IMG/VR virus record: IMGVR_UViG_3300010429_002786
Reading direction: 5' to 3' (one strand)
DNA length: 64,000 bases
From: a virus
A program made the position numbers and the translations under genes. Below are positions 1-8,847 of this stretch, piece by piece (position 1 is the stretch's first letter; every line of letters starts with the position of its first letter). The notes beneath the pieces are model-generated. The model was not told the DNA's origin. It made no database searches and saw only the letters and a list, made by a program, of their open reading frames with translations.

Positions 1-2
1 GT

Positions 3-290
3 GCGCTCTACATCACGCTGCCCGAGCGCGTGAAGTACGTCGACGACATGGGCAACACCATCCACTACGGCATCGAGGGAGAGTACCTGCTGCAGGTAGT
101 CTGTGCGTTCTACCGCAACAGGCATCCGTCGCCGATGGATCTGGTGGAGCTGGTGGCGCAGTTCCAGCCGTCGCCCATCATCGACACCTCCATTCCGCTC
201 GAAGCCGGGCAAGAGATCGTGCTGCCGTCTCTCGACTTCATCGAGTCGGTTGGCTTCGGCGACTCGCTCTCTGACTTCCCGGAGCTGTGA
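3..290 (+). CDS. Baseplate wedge / tail X (LysM-like) protein, probably 5'-truncated by the window edge
   Basis: The frame is open from position 3. The 'IIDTSIPLEAGQEIVLPS' ending is typical of tail X/LysM-like baseplate proteins, and the gene lies directly upstream of the GpD-like hub. Confidence 0.55.
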   Translation, partial: ALYITLPERVKYVDDMGNTIHYGIEGEYLLQVVCAFYRNRHPSPMDLVELVAQFQPSPIIDTSIPLEAGQEIVLPSLDFIESVGFGDSLSDFPEL

Positions 291-296
291 GCCACG

Positions 297-1634
297 ATGG
301 CCTCTCGTGACTTCTACACCTGGAACCCGGTATTGCACTTCGAGATGCTTCGAGGCGCTCCGGGCAACTTCGACGAGGAGTTCAAGCGGCGCACGCTCTC
401 CTTCAAGTACATCGATCGGGCGCAGAAGTTCGACACCATCGAGTGGGACCTCAACAACAGCGACGGTCTGCTCACGCAGCCGCAGTATCTGGCGCTCGGG
501 GTCGTCGTGCGCATTCGCCTTGGCTACCTCGGGGCGGAAACGCCCTGGCGCACGCTCATCATCAACCGCATTCGAGGCGGCGTGGGCGTCACGGGAAGCA
601 ACCGAGCTCTCGGCGAGAAGGAATCCCGCGTCACCTACTCCGGCCGCAACCGCAACGCGAAGGCGCCGAAGAACTACCGCAAGAGCAAAAAGATCTACGG
701 CCCGACGCAGGACGTGACGCAGTACGACCGCGCGGCCACCATCGAGGAGACACCGGGGCGCTTCCGCACGCGGCGCTTCTCGGACGCCGTCAAGCAGATC
801 GCTGAGGACATGGGCTACTCCGGCTCCTACGCGCTCATCGAGGACACCCCCGAGGGAGTAGAGGAGGTAGTCATCCCCGTCGGAAAGCCGATCGGACTTT
901 GGCTCTCCGAGTCGGCCCGGCGCCGCGGCTTCATCTTCCGCATCGACGATCGCGGCTTCCACTTTCACTCGGCGAGGTGGGGCAAGGCGGAGAATCAGCG
1001 CATCGCGAGGGAGTACGTCTACGGCAGCGGGGCTGACATCCTCGACCTGCAGATCGATGGCGACTTCCGACTGCCCATTCCAACGACGGTGCAGATGCAG
1101 GGCACCGACCCGATGAACCGACGCGCACATGCGGCCGGCACAGGGTCGGCAGGCGTCAACATCGCGAGCGCCGTGCTGAAAGGCTCCCTCGACGCGAGCG
1201 ACCGCATCAAGAACCTGACGCGCAGCTACATCGGACACGCCGGGTGCGCGACGCAGATGGCGAGTCCCAAAGCGACGCAGCACTTCATCGAGCGGCATCT
1301 ACAGTCGTTCAAGATCAAGCTGCACCTCGTCGGAGACCCCGCTATCCTGGCCGGCCGACGTGTGCGTCTGAGCGGCACGGGCTCTCCGCTCGTCGATCAG
1401 GTCTGGTTCGTCGACGAGGTCGAGCACTACTTCTCTGGCGAGACCTACACGACGACGCTCGCGCTGAAGATGCCGCCCAAGATGGTTCCGCAGGACCGCG
1501 TGCGAGCCTGGACGAAGGGTGAAGGCGGCGGAGTCGATGGGGGCAAGGGATCGGTCGCGGGCACGGTCCTCGTCGGCATGAAGGCGCTCGACTCGGCGAG
1601 GGCCATCACGCCGGCCAGTCAGAGGAAGAAGTAG
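297..1634 (+). CDS. Phage late control D-like baseplate hub protein
   Basis: 445 aa with 'VRIRLGYLG', 'GFIFRIDDRGFHF' and C-terminal 'GDPAILAGRRVRLSG...WFVDEVEHYF...YTTTLAL', as in the GpD/gp27 family. Precedes the spike gene. Confidence 0.8.
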   Translation: MASRDFYTWNPVLHFEMLRGAPGNFDEEFKRRTLSFKYIDRAQKFDTIEWDLNNSDGLLTQPQYLALGVVVRIRLGYLGAETPWRTLIINRIRGGVGVTGSNRALGEKESRVTYSGRNRNAKAPKNYRKSKKIYGPTQDVTQYDRAATIEETPGRFRTRRFSDAVKQIAEDMGYSGSYALIEDTPEGVEEVVIPVGKPIGLWLSESARRRGFIFRIDDRGFHFHSARWGKAENQRIAREYVYGSGADILDLQIDGDFRLPIPTTVQMQGTDPMNRRAHAAGTGSAGVNIASAVLKGSLDASDRIKNLTRSYIGHAGCATQMASPKATQHFIERHLQSFKIKLHLVGDPAILAGRRVRLSGTGSPLVDQVWFVDEVEHYFSGETYTTTLALKMPPKMVPQDRVRAWTKGEGGGVDGGKGSVAGTVLVGMKALDSARAITPASQRKK

Positions 1635-2243
1635 ATGGCGAGCATCCCGGGATTCATCGACGGCTTCGTCACGAACAACCTCGACCCCGAGCGTCAGGGG
1701 CGCATCAAGGCGCGCGTGCCGGGCCTCTTCAACGAAACGCCATACTGGTGCCGGCCGACGTGGCCCGGCTCGGGCGGCATCGGTCAGGGCTCGCAGTACC
1801 CTGTGATGGTCGGCGCGCAGGTCTCGCTCATCTTTGACCACGGAGACTCCGACCTCGGCGCCATCTACCTGCCTGGCATGTACGGCAAGGAACAGGGTGT
1901 CCCGGTGATGACGACGCCAGTCCGCGCCGCCTCGACGGCGGAGAAGGCCGTGCAGACGATCGTTCTCTGGGACGATCCCACCTTCTCGGTCTTCCTCAGC
2001 CTCGAGAACGACTACCAAGGTCTCGCTGGACGTGAGGTGCGCCAGCTCGTGCTCCTCGAGAAGGAGTCGGGCGGGGGCATCGTGATCGATGCGCGCGACG
2101 GCAACGACCAGACCGGGCACACGATCTCCATCGAGGCCCGGACAGGCATCATCATCCGCTCGCGAGGCGTAATCAAAATTCAGGGCGATCAGGCCGTCGA
2201 GATTCAAGGTCGCCGCGTCATGAAGAGCGGAGGGTCCATCTGA
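1635..2243 (+). CDS. Baseplate spike protein V (Gp5/VgrG OB-fold)
   Basis: 'GFVTNNLDPERQGRIKARVPGL...P.VGAQVSLIFDHGD' OB-fold signature followed by a beta-rich C-terminus. Confidence 0.85.
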   Translation: MASIPGFIDGFVTNNLDPERQGRIKARVPGLFNETPYWCRPTWPGSGGIGQGSQYPVMVGAQVSLIFDHGDSDLGAIYLPGMYGKEQGVPVMTTPVRAASTAEKAVQTIVLWDDPTFSVFLSLENDYQGLAGREVRQLVLLEKESGGGIVIDARDGNDQTGHTISIEARTGIIIRSRGVIKIQGDQAVEIQGRRVMKSGGSI

Positions 2244-3112
2244 TGGGCGCGCTCAACGCACTCGACCCTCTCGGCCGCATCAGCTGCACGCTGCTCGTCG
2301 CGCCGAACCCGCCGCCCGAGGTCCAGGTGCCCTTCCTCGGCGCGCTCAAGAAGGCGCGCGAGAGCCTCTACGGGCTGCCCGACCCGAGCGCGCTCCTCAT
2401 GAAGTTCATGGACAACCTCAACCTGGCGATGGCTCCGCTCAGGCAGTTCCTCGAGCTCGTCCAGACCATCATGGCCATCAAGGACTGCGTCACCGCGATC
2501 CCCGAGGCCATCTTGACTCTCTCGCCAGCGCCCATCATCAAGTGCCTCAAGAACCTCATGAAGTACATCGCGAAGCTGATCGCGATGATTCCTCCCATGA
2601 GCTACGTGCGGCTGCTCGTCGACATCTGCAGCGTCATCATCCAGCTTGTCGACGAGCTCATCTACACGGTGCAGGTTCTCGACGCTCGCATTCAGCAGTA
2701 CTTCGCCGACCTCGCCACGGCGACCGCGCTCGGCGACACCAAGCTCATCGAGTTCACGAACTGCGGGGCGTCGGAGCTGCAGATCATCGCGATCAACATG
2801 TCCGACATCCTCAAGCTGATCAAGCCGGTCATCTCGCTCATCCTCGACCCGCTCGTCGACCTCATGCCGAGCGGCGACCTGAAGAACGCGGTCAAGGCGC
2901 TCGAGAACGTCGACTCGGCGCTCGGCCCGATCGCGGCCACCGTGCAGAGCGCCGGCGCGTCGGTGGCTGCGCTCCAGGTGGCGCTCCGGCCGCTCGTCAT
3001 GCTGCTCGGACCCTTGCGCGAGGTGATCGTCACGACCCACAACACGATCGCGCCGCTCATCGGTCGTGACCCCCTGGCAACCAGGGAAGTGCCCGAGTTC
3101 ACTAGCTTCTAG
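2243..3112 (+). CDS. Helical baseplate-region protein of unknown function
   Basis: 289 aa, hydrophobic and helical, coupled by a TGATG overlap, between the spike and gp25 genes. Confidence 0.7.
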   Translation: MGALNALDPLGRISCTLLVAPNPPPEVQVPFLGALKKARESLYGLPDPSALLMKFMDNLNLAMAPLRQFLELVQTIMAIKDCVTAIPEAILTLSPAPIIKCLKNLMKYIAKLIAMIPPMSYVRLLVDICSVIIQLVDELIYTVQVLDARIQQYFADLATATALGDTKLIEFTNCGASELQIIAINMSDILKLIKPVISLILDPLVDLMPSGDLKNAVKALENVDSALGPIAATVQSAGASVAALQVALRPLVMLLGPLREVIVTTHNTIAPLIGRDPLATREVPEFTSF

Positions 3113-3171
3113 CTGGAGGCCCCTCGAGGGGCCCTCGAGATTGTGGCCGCGCCGCCGGGCCCGGTCGTAGG

Positions 3172-3576
3172 ATGGAGCCCATGATCCTTGCGGACCGCAA
3201 AGCCAACTGCCTGGTGCCGATGCGCCGCGGCGGCAAGGGTTGGGTGCGCGTCACCGGAGCGGCGCGATACGAGACGGCCATCCAGCAGCTCTGCCGCACG
3301 CCGATCGGCACGCTCCCTTGGGCCATGGACTACGGAACGCAGCTGCATCGGTATCGTGGTCAGGGCATGAGCGAAGAGCAGTGCGACATCATCCTGGTCG
3401 ATCTGCGCCGCGCGTTCGCTCGCTGGATCCCCGACATCACCCTCGTGTCGGTCCGGGTGATCGCCCATCTGACGCAGCAGCGTCAGCAGATTCTTCTCAG
3501 CTGGGGCATCCTCGCGAGCGGCACGCGCGAGCGACGCTTCGTGCTGGGCCCCGTCAACACGACCGTGCTGGTCTGA
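3172..3576 (+). CDS. GPW/gp25 family baseplate protein
   Basis: 'AIQQLCRTPIGTLPWAMDYGTQL...FARWIPDITLVSV' gp25 pattern. Confidence 0.8.
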   Translation: MEPMILADRKANCLVPMRRGGKGWVRVTGAARYETAIQQLCRTPIGTLPWAMDYGTQLHRYRGQGMSEEQCDIILVDLRRAFARWIPDITLVSVRVIAHLTQQRQQILLSWGILASGTRERRFVLGPVNTTVLV

Positions 3577-3592
3577 GGAGCAGGAGCTCTCG

Positions 3593-5176
3593 ATGCCCGC
3601 GCCACTGCTTCCGACGAACGACCTCGACTACACCGGACTCGATCGCGAGGCCATGCTCGCTCGCCTGCAGAAGCTCTTCAACCAGGTGAACGAAGGCTAC
3701 GACGACTTCAGCCCGAACTTCCCCGAGAACCTGCTCCTCGAGGGAACCGTCATGCTCGTCGACACCGCTCGCGCCGTCATGGAGCAGCGCGTGCGGCAGA
3801 TGTTCTGGGCGACGGTCACCGAGCGCCGCGCCTGCATCCGCAAGGGGCGAGCGACGGGGCTGTCCCTTGGCGGGCGCTCTCCTTCGACGGTGCTCGCGCG
3901 CTTCACGGCCCCGGACCCCGCCACGGTCGCCAAGGAGATCACCGTCCAAGAAGGCTTTCGCGCGCGCACCGAGGACCCCGATTCGCCCTTCCGCTACCGC
4001 ACCACGGCGGCGGTGACCAAGGCTATCGGAGACGCCTACGTCGACGTCGTCATGGAGCACGCCGAGGCGTACTCGGAGTCGGTCGCCTCGAGCGGCTTCG
4101 CCAACCAGGAGCTCGTGCTGCCGCAGGCACCCTACATCGACGGCTCGGCGGTCATCACCGACTCTGGGGGCACCTTCGAGGCCGTCTCGAGCTTCCTCGG
4201 CGTCAAGCTGGACGGCACGCCGGTCGACGCCTCCTCGCGGGTGTGCGTTCTCACCCAGGACGACAAGGAGCGCCTGGTCGTCGTCTTCGGCGACGGCGTC
4301 GCCGGCATCATCCCCCAGGGCACGATCACCATCACCTACAAGACCGGCGGCGGTGCCTCCGGGGCCGTCGACGCCGGCGTCGGCTGGCTCGCGGAGGACG
4401 TGCTCTTCGACTCGCACGGCAGCCCCGTCACGCTCATCATCTCGAACCCCGCGAAGGCGACTCCCGGGACGGACTCGCTCTCGGTCGCTGAGGCGCGCGT
4501 CCTCGGTCCTCTGTCGGCCCGCACGACCAAGCGCTGCGTCAACGAGGACGACTACGAGTACGCCGCGCGGCTGGTTCCGGGGATCGCGCGAGCCGCGCTT
4601 ATCAACACCGACCGGGACTCGAACGTGCAGGAGAATCACGCGAACCTGCTCCTCGTCGCCTATGGTGCGCAGCTCGACTCGGGCTACTACGAGCCAGCCT
4701 CGAACGCCGCGACGAAGATCGCCGAGGTGGAAGCGATCATCGCCAAGACCGGCAGCCTGCCCACGATGATGGGCTTCGCCGTCAACGTGGACTCGGCCAT
4801 CTTCTCGCCCGTCGACATCGACGTGCGGGTCTACAAGACCTACGGCTACACGGGCTCGCAGGTGCGAACCAGCATCCTCGCCACGCTGCGCGACTTCTTC
4901 GCTGTGGCTGGACCGGATCGCACCCCGACGACGACGGTCGACTTCGGCTACGCCATGCGCGACGCGAGCGGCGCATCGGCGAATCTCATCGACTGGTCGA
5001 CCATCTTCGGGGCAGTTCTCGCGTCTCCGGGCGTGCGCTCCATCCCGGCGACCGACGACTGCCTGCTCCTCAACAGCCTGCGCGCCTCCGTCGCGATCGC
5101 GGCTTCTCGCTTCCCCTCGCTCGGCACGGTCCGCATCTTCGACATGGACGCCGGCGGCGCAGAGATCACGAGCTAG
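3593..5176 (+). CDS. Baseplate J/gp47-like wedge protein
   Basis: 'DYTGLD', 'SSGFANQ', 'VVFGDGVAGIIP', 'YKTGGGASG' and 'RCVNEDDYE..ARLVPGIARA' motifs. Confidence 0.9.
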   Translation: MPAPLLPTNDLDYTGLDREAMLARLQKLFNQVNEGYDDFSPNFPENLLLEGTVMLVDTARAVMEQRVRQMFWATVTERRACIRKGRATGLSLGGRSPSTVLARFTAPDPATVAKEITVQEGFRARTEDPDSPFRYRTTAAVTKAIGDAYVDVVMEHAEAYSESVASSGFANQELVLPQAPYIDGSAVITDSGGTFEAVSSFLGVKLDGTPVDASSRVCVLTQDDKERLVVVFGDGVAGIIPQGTITITYKTGGGASGAVDAGVGWLAEDVLFDSHGSPVTLIISNPAKATPGTDSLSVAEARVLGPLSARTTKRCVNEDDYEYAARLVPGIARAALINTDRDSNVQENHANLLLVAYGAQLDSGYYEPASNAATKIAEVEAIIAKTGSLPTMMGFAVNVDSAIFSPVDIDVRVYKTYGYTGSQVRTSILATLRDFFAVAGPDRTPTTTVDFGYAMRDASGASANLIDWSTIFGAVLASPGVRSIPATDDCLLLNSLRASVAIAASRFPSLGTVRIFDMDAGGAEITS

Positions 5177-5179
5177 CGC

Positions 5180-6727
5180 ATGGCCCACCCGATCACAGCC
5201 GACTGCCTCTGGTGCTACCGTCTCGACGAAGCGAATGCCGCTGATAATGCTGTGCGGGCTGGTGGCACTTACGGAGGGACACTTACTCAAACGGGTAGTC
5301 CGGCAGTTCAGGCACCAGCAGTTTTTGATAACGGCAGGATGTTTGGGGGATCCAACAAGTTTCTCGATTGGGGTGCCACTGCTTCGTGGGATACCCTGTT
5401 TGTGCCCGAAGTCACTATATGCGGATGGTTGTATTGGGACGGCACGCTTCCCGCTGCCGGAACGATATCCATACTAGTCCATCTATACAGTGACTGGTAT
5501 GGGAATACAGAAACTCTGAAGGTCTGGCTGGATAGCGCTGGAGACATAAACTTCACAGCGCGAGTTGGTAACGACATATTCCACTATGTTGTGAAAGCGC
5601 CGCTAACCCAAGGGACGCATCACTTTGCGGCAGTATATTCATATTACGCCGATCCTACCAAACGCTTTATAGATATATACATAGATGGAGATCTGGTCTT
5701 TCACGACACCACTTCTCCAAGTGGCACGGTTACACTTCGTTATGGTTTCGACCATATCAGACTTGGCAACGGGTACTATTGGGGTGGTCAAGGATACAAC
5801 CCAGTCACCTCTTATTGGCGTGGATGGCTGGACGACTGGGCTCTCTACACTACGGCCAAGAGCCAGGCGTGGATAGGAATCCAGATCGATATGGCGCCGC
5901 CCGTCATCAGCGCCGAAACCCCGACTGGAGTCGCCCCGGCAGCTACCTCCTTCGGCTTCACGGTGACCGACGACGCGGCCGGCGTCGACACCGCGGAGAC
6001 TCGCGTCACGATCACCTACGGCAGCGTGGAGTACCTGGCGTGGGACGCCGACGCCGCGGCGCCTGGGTTCAGCGGCTCTCGCGTTCCCGTGGCCGACGGC
6101 TACACCTACTCGATCACGCCGAGTTCATCGCTGCCGGCGGGCTTCGAGGTGACCGTCGACATCAGCGTCGCGGACCTCTCCGGAAAGACCGCCTCGGCGG
6201 CCTTCGTCTTCACCGTTGAGGTGCTCTCCTCGGAGCCGAACTGGTCCTTCGAGCTGCCGGGCGCCGCCTCCGGGGACGCGCTCTCCTGGACGCACACCGA
6301 GACGGGCGGGGCCGAGGATGCTGGCGCCCTCGCCGACGGCAGCAGCCTCGAGAGCTTCGAGAACGGCTGGAGCGCGAACGAGACCGCGCGCCTCTCCTTC
6401 GTCGGAGGAGACCTCCAGCGCTTCCCCCTCATCGAGGGCTACGAGAGCTTCGAGCACGACTGGGATGGAAACCAGCTCGCGCTCGCGGCCTTCTCGATCT
6501 ACGCCCTCGGCAGCGAGTTCCTCGAGGCCTTCGAGCTCGGCTGGTCGAACGTGGCCGCCATCGCGTTCGCCCCCGCCGGCCCCGCCACCATCTCCGAGTC
6601 GGGCATGGGCGCCGACAGCTTCACGACGGGCTGGCCCGTGACCTCGAACGTGCTGCCTCCCTCGCTGGTGGGACCGAAGACCGAGGAGGTAGAGGACATG
6701 AACTGGACCTCCGTCATGGTGTGGTGA
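5180..6727 (+). CDS. Virion/tail protein with N-terminal LamG-like jelly-roll domain and Ig-like domain
   Basis: 'YRLDE', 'TICGWLYW', 'HHFAAVY..IYIDG', 'IRLGN' and 'WRGWLDDWALYTTA' match LamG/concanavalin motifs. Lies in the tail operon. Confidence 0.75.
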   Translation: MAHPITADCLWCYRLDEANAADNAVRAGGTYGGTLTQTGSPAVQAPAVFDNGRMFGGSNKFLDWGATASWDTLFVPEVTICGWLYWDGTLPAAGTISILVHLYSDWYGNTETLKVWLDSAGDINFTARVGNDIFHYVVKAPLTQGTHHFAAVYSYYADPTKRFIDIYIDGDLVFHDTTSPSGTVTLRYGFDHIRLGNGYYWGGQGYNPVTSYWRGWLDDWALYTTAKSQAWIGIQIDMAPPVISAETPTGVAPAATSFGFTVTDDAAGVDTAETRVTITYGSVEYLAWDADAAAPGFSGSRVPVADGYTYSITPSSSLPAGFEVTVDISVADLSGKTASAAFVFTVEVLSSEPNWSFELPGAASGDALSWTHTETGGAEDAGALADGSSLESFENGWSANETARLSFVGGDLQRFPLIEGYESFEHDWDGNQLALAAFSIYALGSEFLEAFELGWSNVAAIAFAPAGPATISESGMGADSFTTGWPVTSNVLPPSLVGPKTEEVEDMNWTSVMVW

Positions 6728-6730
6728 CCT

Positions 6731-7429
6731 ATGGCCGAAGCCGACTGGAAGCTCATGACAGGAAGCCCGGACACGACGCAGGTCTCGTTCGGCAAAACCG
6801 ACGACGGAGCGTTCTCGATACCTGGAGGCGACTTCGCGCTGGGATTTCACTCTCTCGAGCCGGTCGTCGGTCTGTCTGGACTCCTCTACACCTGGCCGTC
6901 GCTGCACCCGATATCGGGGCACTTTGGCGGGGTCATCAACGCGTCGCTGCGCAAGTTCAATGCACAAGCCGGCGGAAGCCCCGTACTCTTTTTTGCCACC
7001 GGAACGGACGTTACATCCGCCGAGGGCTACATGCTCGGGCTCACCGAAGAGTGGCCCCCACGCATTGCGCTCCGCAAGGGTCTGCTGTCGGCCGGGCTCT
7101 CAACAGACAACACAGAGCTGCTCGGGCTTTCGGAGCGAGCCTTTCTGGCCACTGACTGGATCGAACTCTTCTTCACGATGGCAGTCAACCAGCAAGGAGA
7201 CCTGACCCTGACCACCCGCTACGCGTGCCCGCCGACGGTAGGATTGGGTCCCTACACGACAGACCCCGGGCTGCCGAATGTGATCGACGACATTCTCGGA
7301 CTGGGCACGGGAAGCCCTCCGCTGGAAGGTGACTTTTACGTCGGTGTGGGGCACTATAACTCGGGACAGTCGGGACGGGTCAGCCTCTTCGACTGGATCG
7401 ATTTCTGGCATCAGTCCGCGTTCACCTAG
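6731..7429 (+). CDS. Tail-associated beta-sandwich protein, paralog A
   Basis: 232 aa in the tail operon; aligns by eye with the next ORF. Confidence 0.7.
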   Translation: MAEADWKLMTGSPDTTQVSFGKTDDGAFSIPGGDFALGFHSLEPVVGLSGLLYTWPSLHPISGHFGGVINASLRKFNAQAGGSPVLFFATGTDVTSAEGYMLGLTEEWPPRIALRKGLLSAGLSTDNTELLGLSERAFLATDWIELFFTMAVNQQGDLTLTTRYACPPTVGLGPYTTDPGLPNVIDDILGLGTGSPPLEGDFYVGVGHYNSGQSGRVSLFDWIDFWHQSAFT

Positions 7430-7440
7430 GAGCTACGCAC

Positions 7441-8142
7441 ATGGCCTCGACCGACTGGACCCCGTTCGTGAATCAGGCCTCCTCGGCCGAGCTCGTCGTC
7501 GGCGCCACCATGGCCCCGTCGCTCTCTCCGCCGGATGGCTCGTTCAGCTTCGGCGGACGCGCGCTGGTCTCGGGCGAGAAGTTCTCGGGGATGCTCTACA
7601 ACGGCTTCTACCCGCTCGCGTCGGGCAAGGGCGGATCGATTCGCGCGTACCTGCGCAAGCACACGCCGATCACGGGAACCGCCGCCTACGCGCCGATGAT
7701 CTTCTTCGCCGACGACTACGACATGGTGCAGGACCCGTCGGGCTACATCCTCGGGCTGTCGGAGGGGGCTCCCTACTACATCATGCTCGCGAAGGGCAAG
7801 CTCTCGAACGGGCTCAAGACCACCGCGGCAGGCAAGCTTCAGCTGGGCACAACGCCCTACGACTCGGCGCAGTGGATCGGCCTGCGGCTCGACCTCATCC
7901 ACAACCCGCAGGGCGATCTCGTCCTGGACGTCTACTACGACTCGGCCGGAGCTCCCGCGGCGCCCGTCTGGGCTCGCCCCGCTGGCATCTCCGCCGCCTT
8001 CGTCGACGACCGGCTGGGCGTGCTCTCTGGAAGCCTCCCGAACGTGAGCCAGAAGTACATGGGGTTCGGCGTCTACACGAACGCGCTCGGCGCTGTCGCC
8101 GCGATCGACTACGTCCGCGCCTTCCAGCAGCTGACTCCGTAG
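7441..8142 (+). CDS. Tail-associated beta-sandwich protein, paralog B
   Basis: 233 aa with AGGAG RBS; shares 'MA..DW', 'GG.I.A.LRK', 'GY.LGL.E' and 'N.QGDL.L' with 6731-7429. Confidence 0.75.
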   Translation: MASTDWTPFVNQASSAELVVGATMAPSLSPPDGSFSFGGRALVSGEKFSGMLYNGFYPLASGKGGSIRAYLRKHTPITGTAAYAPMIFFADDYDMVQDPSGYILGLSEGAPYYIMLAKGKLSNGLKTTAAGKLQLGTTPYDSAQWIGLRLDLIHNPQGDLVLDVYYDSAGAPAAPVWARPAGISAAFVDDRLGVLSGSLPNVSQKYMGFGVYTNALGAVAAIDYVRAFQQLTP

Positions 8143-8160
8143 GAGCAGCCGAGGCACACG

Positions 8161-8847
8161 ATGGCGAGCCCGTTTTGGACAGAGCCAGGTTCGAGGCAGG
8201 GCCGGGTGGACCCGATGGGGGCCGTGCCCGCGCTCGGCACCTACCTCTTCTGCCTGGGCATCGACTCGGTCGAGCCCATGCCGTCCTACAGGCTCGCTCC
8301 GGGGGACGAGCTCACGCTCTCGCAGACCGTGCAGCTGCCCGCTGCGCCCGCGCAGCAGCTCATTCGCCTGTCGCTGCAGATGCGTGCCCCGATGGGCGCC
8401 CCGATGGCCCGCACGGTCTTGACGCGCGGCGCGGTCTCCTTCGTCACGGGCGGTCTCATGCAGGCAGGCGACGGAGCTCAAGGGCTCATCTTGCCCGCTG
8501 GGTCCTACCTGCAGGCCGGAGAGCTCCTGCTCAAGGTGACCGGCGCATCCACGCCGAACGTGGGCATCTTCCGCGCGGCCGCGCTCGGCCGGCCGGTGAC
8601 GGGGGGCTTCGCGGCGGCGCTCCTCGTGAGCCCCGGACTCGTCGCCGAAGTGGCTCCCAACGTGCGCGTGGACTCGCTCGGGATGCGCTGGGCGGCCCGC
8701 TGCTACATCGATGACAACCTCCGCCTCGAGCTCGTAGAAGACGCGCTGCACGTCGTCGAGCGCACGGTGGACCTCAACGTCTCGCAGGCGGCGGGCACGT
8801 CGGTCGTGGTGCGCTTCGTGCTCGCGCTCGAGCAGGTGGCGCCATGA
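8161..8847 (+). CDS. Tail protein (resembles the N-terminal part of myxobacterial prophage tail proteins)
   Basis: 228 aa with GAGG RBS; ATGA overlap with the next gene. Confidence 0.65.
   Translation: MASPFWTEPGSRQGRVDPMGAVPALGTYLFCLGIDSVEPMPSYRLAPGDELTLSQTVQLPAAPAQQLIRLSLQMRAPMGAPMARTVLTRGAVSFVTGGLMQAGDGAQGLILPAGSYLQAGELLLKVTGASTPNVGIFRAAALGRPVTGGFAAALLVSPGLVAEVAPNVRVDSLGMRWAARCYIDDNLRLELVEDALHVVERTVDLNVSQAAGTSVVVRFVLALEQVAP

Noticed and set aside
3118..3133. 16-bp palindrome GGCCCCTCGAGGGGCC as a terminator or operator
   Set aside because: It is mid-operon, has no U-tract and occurs once; support is insufficient.
5220..5885. Diversity-generating retroelement variable region
   Set aside because: No reverse transcriptase or template repeat is visible in the window, and the segment is a whole N-terminal domain.
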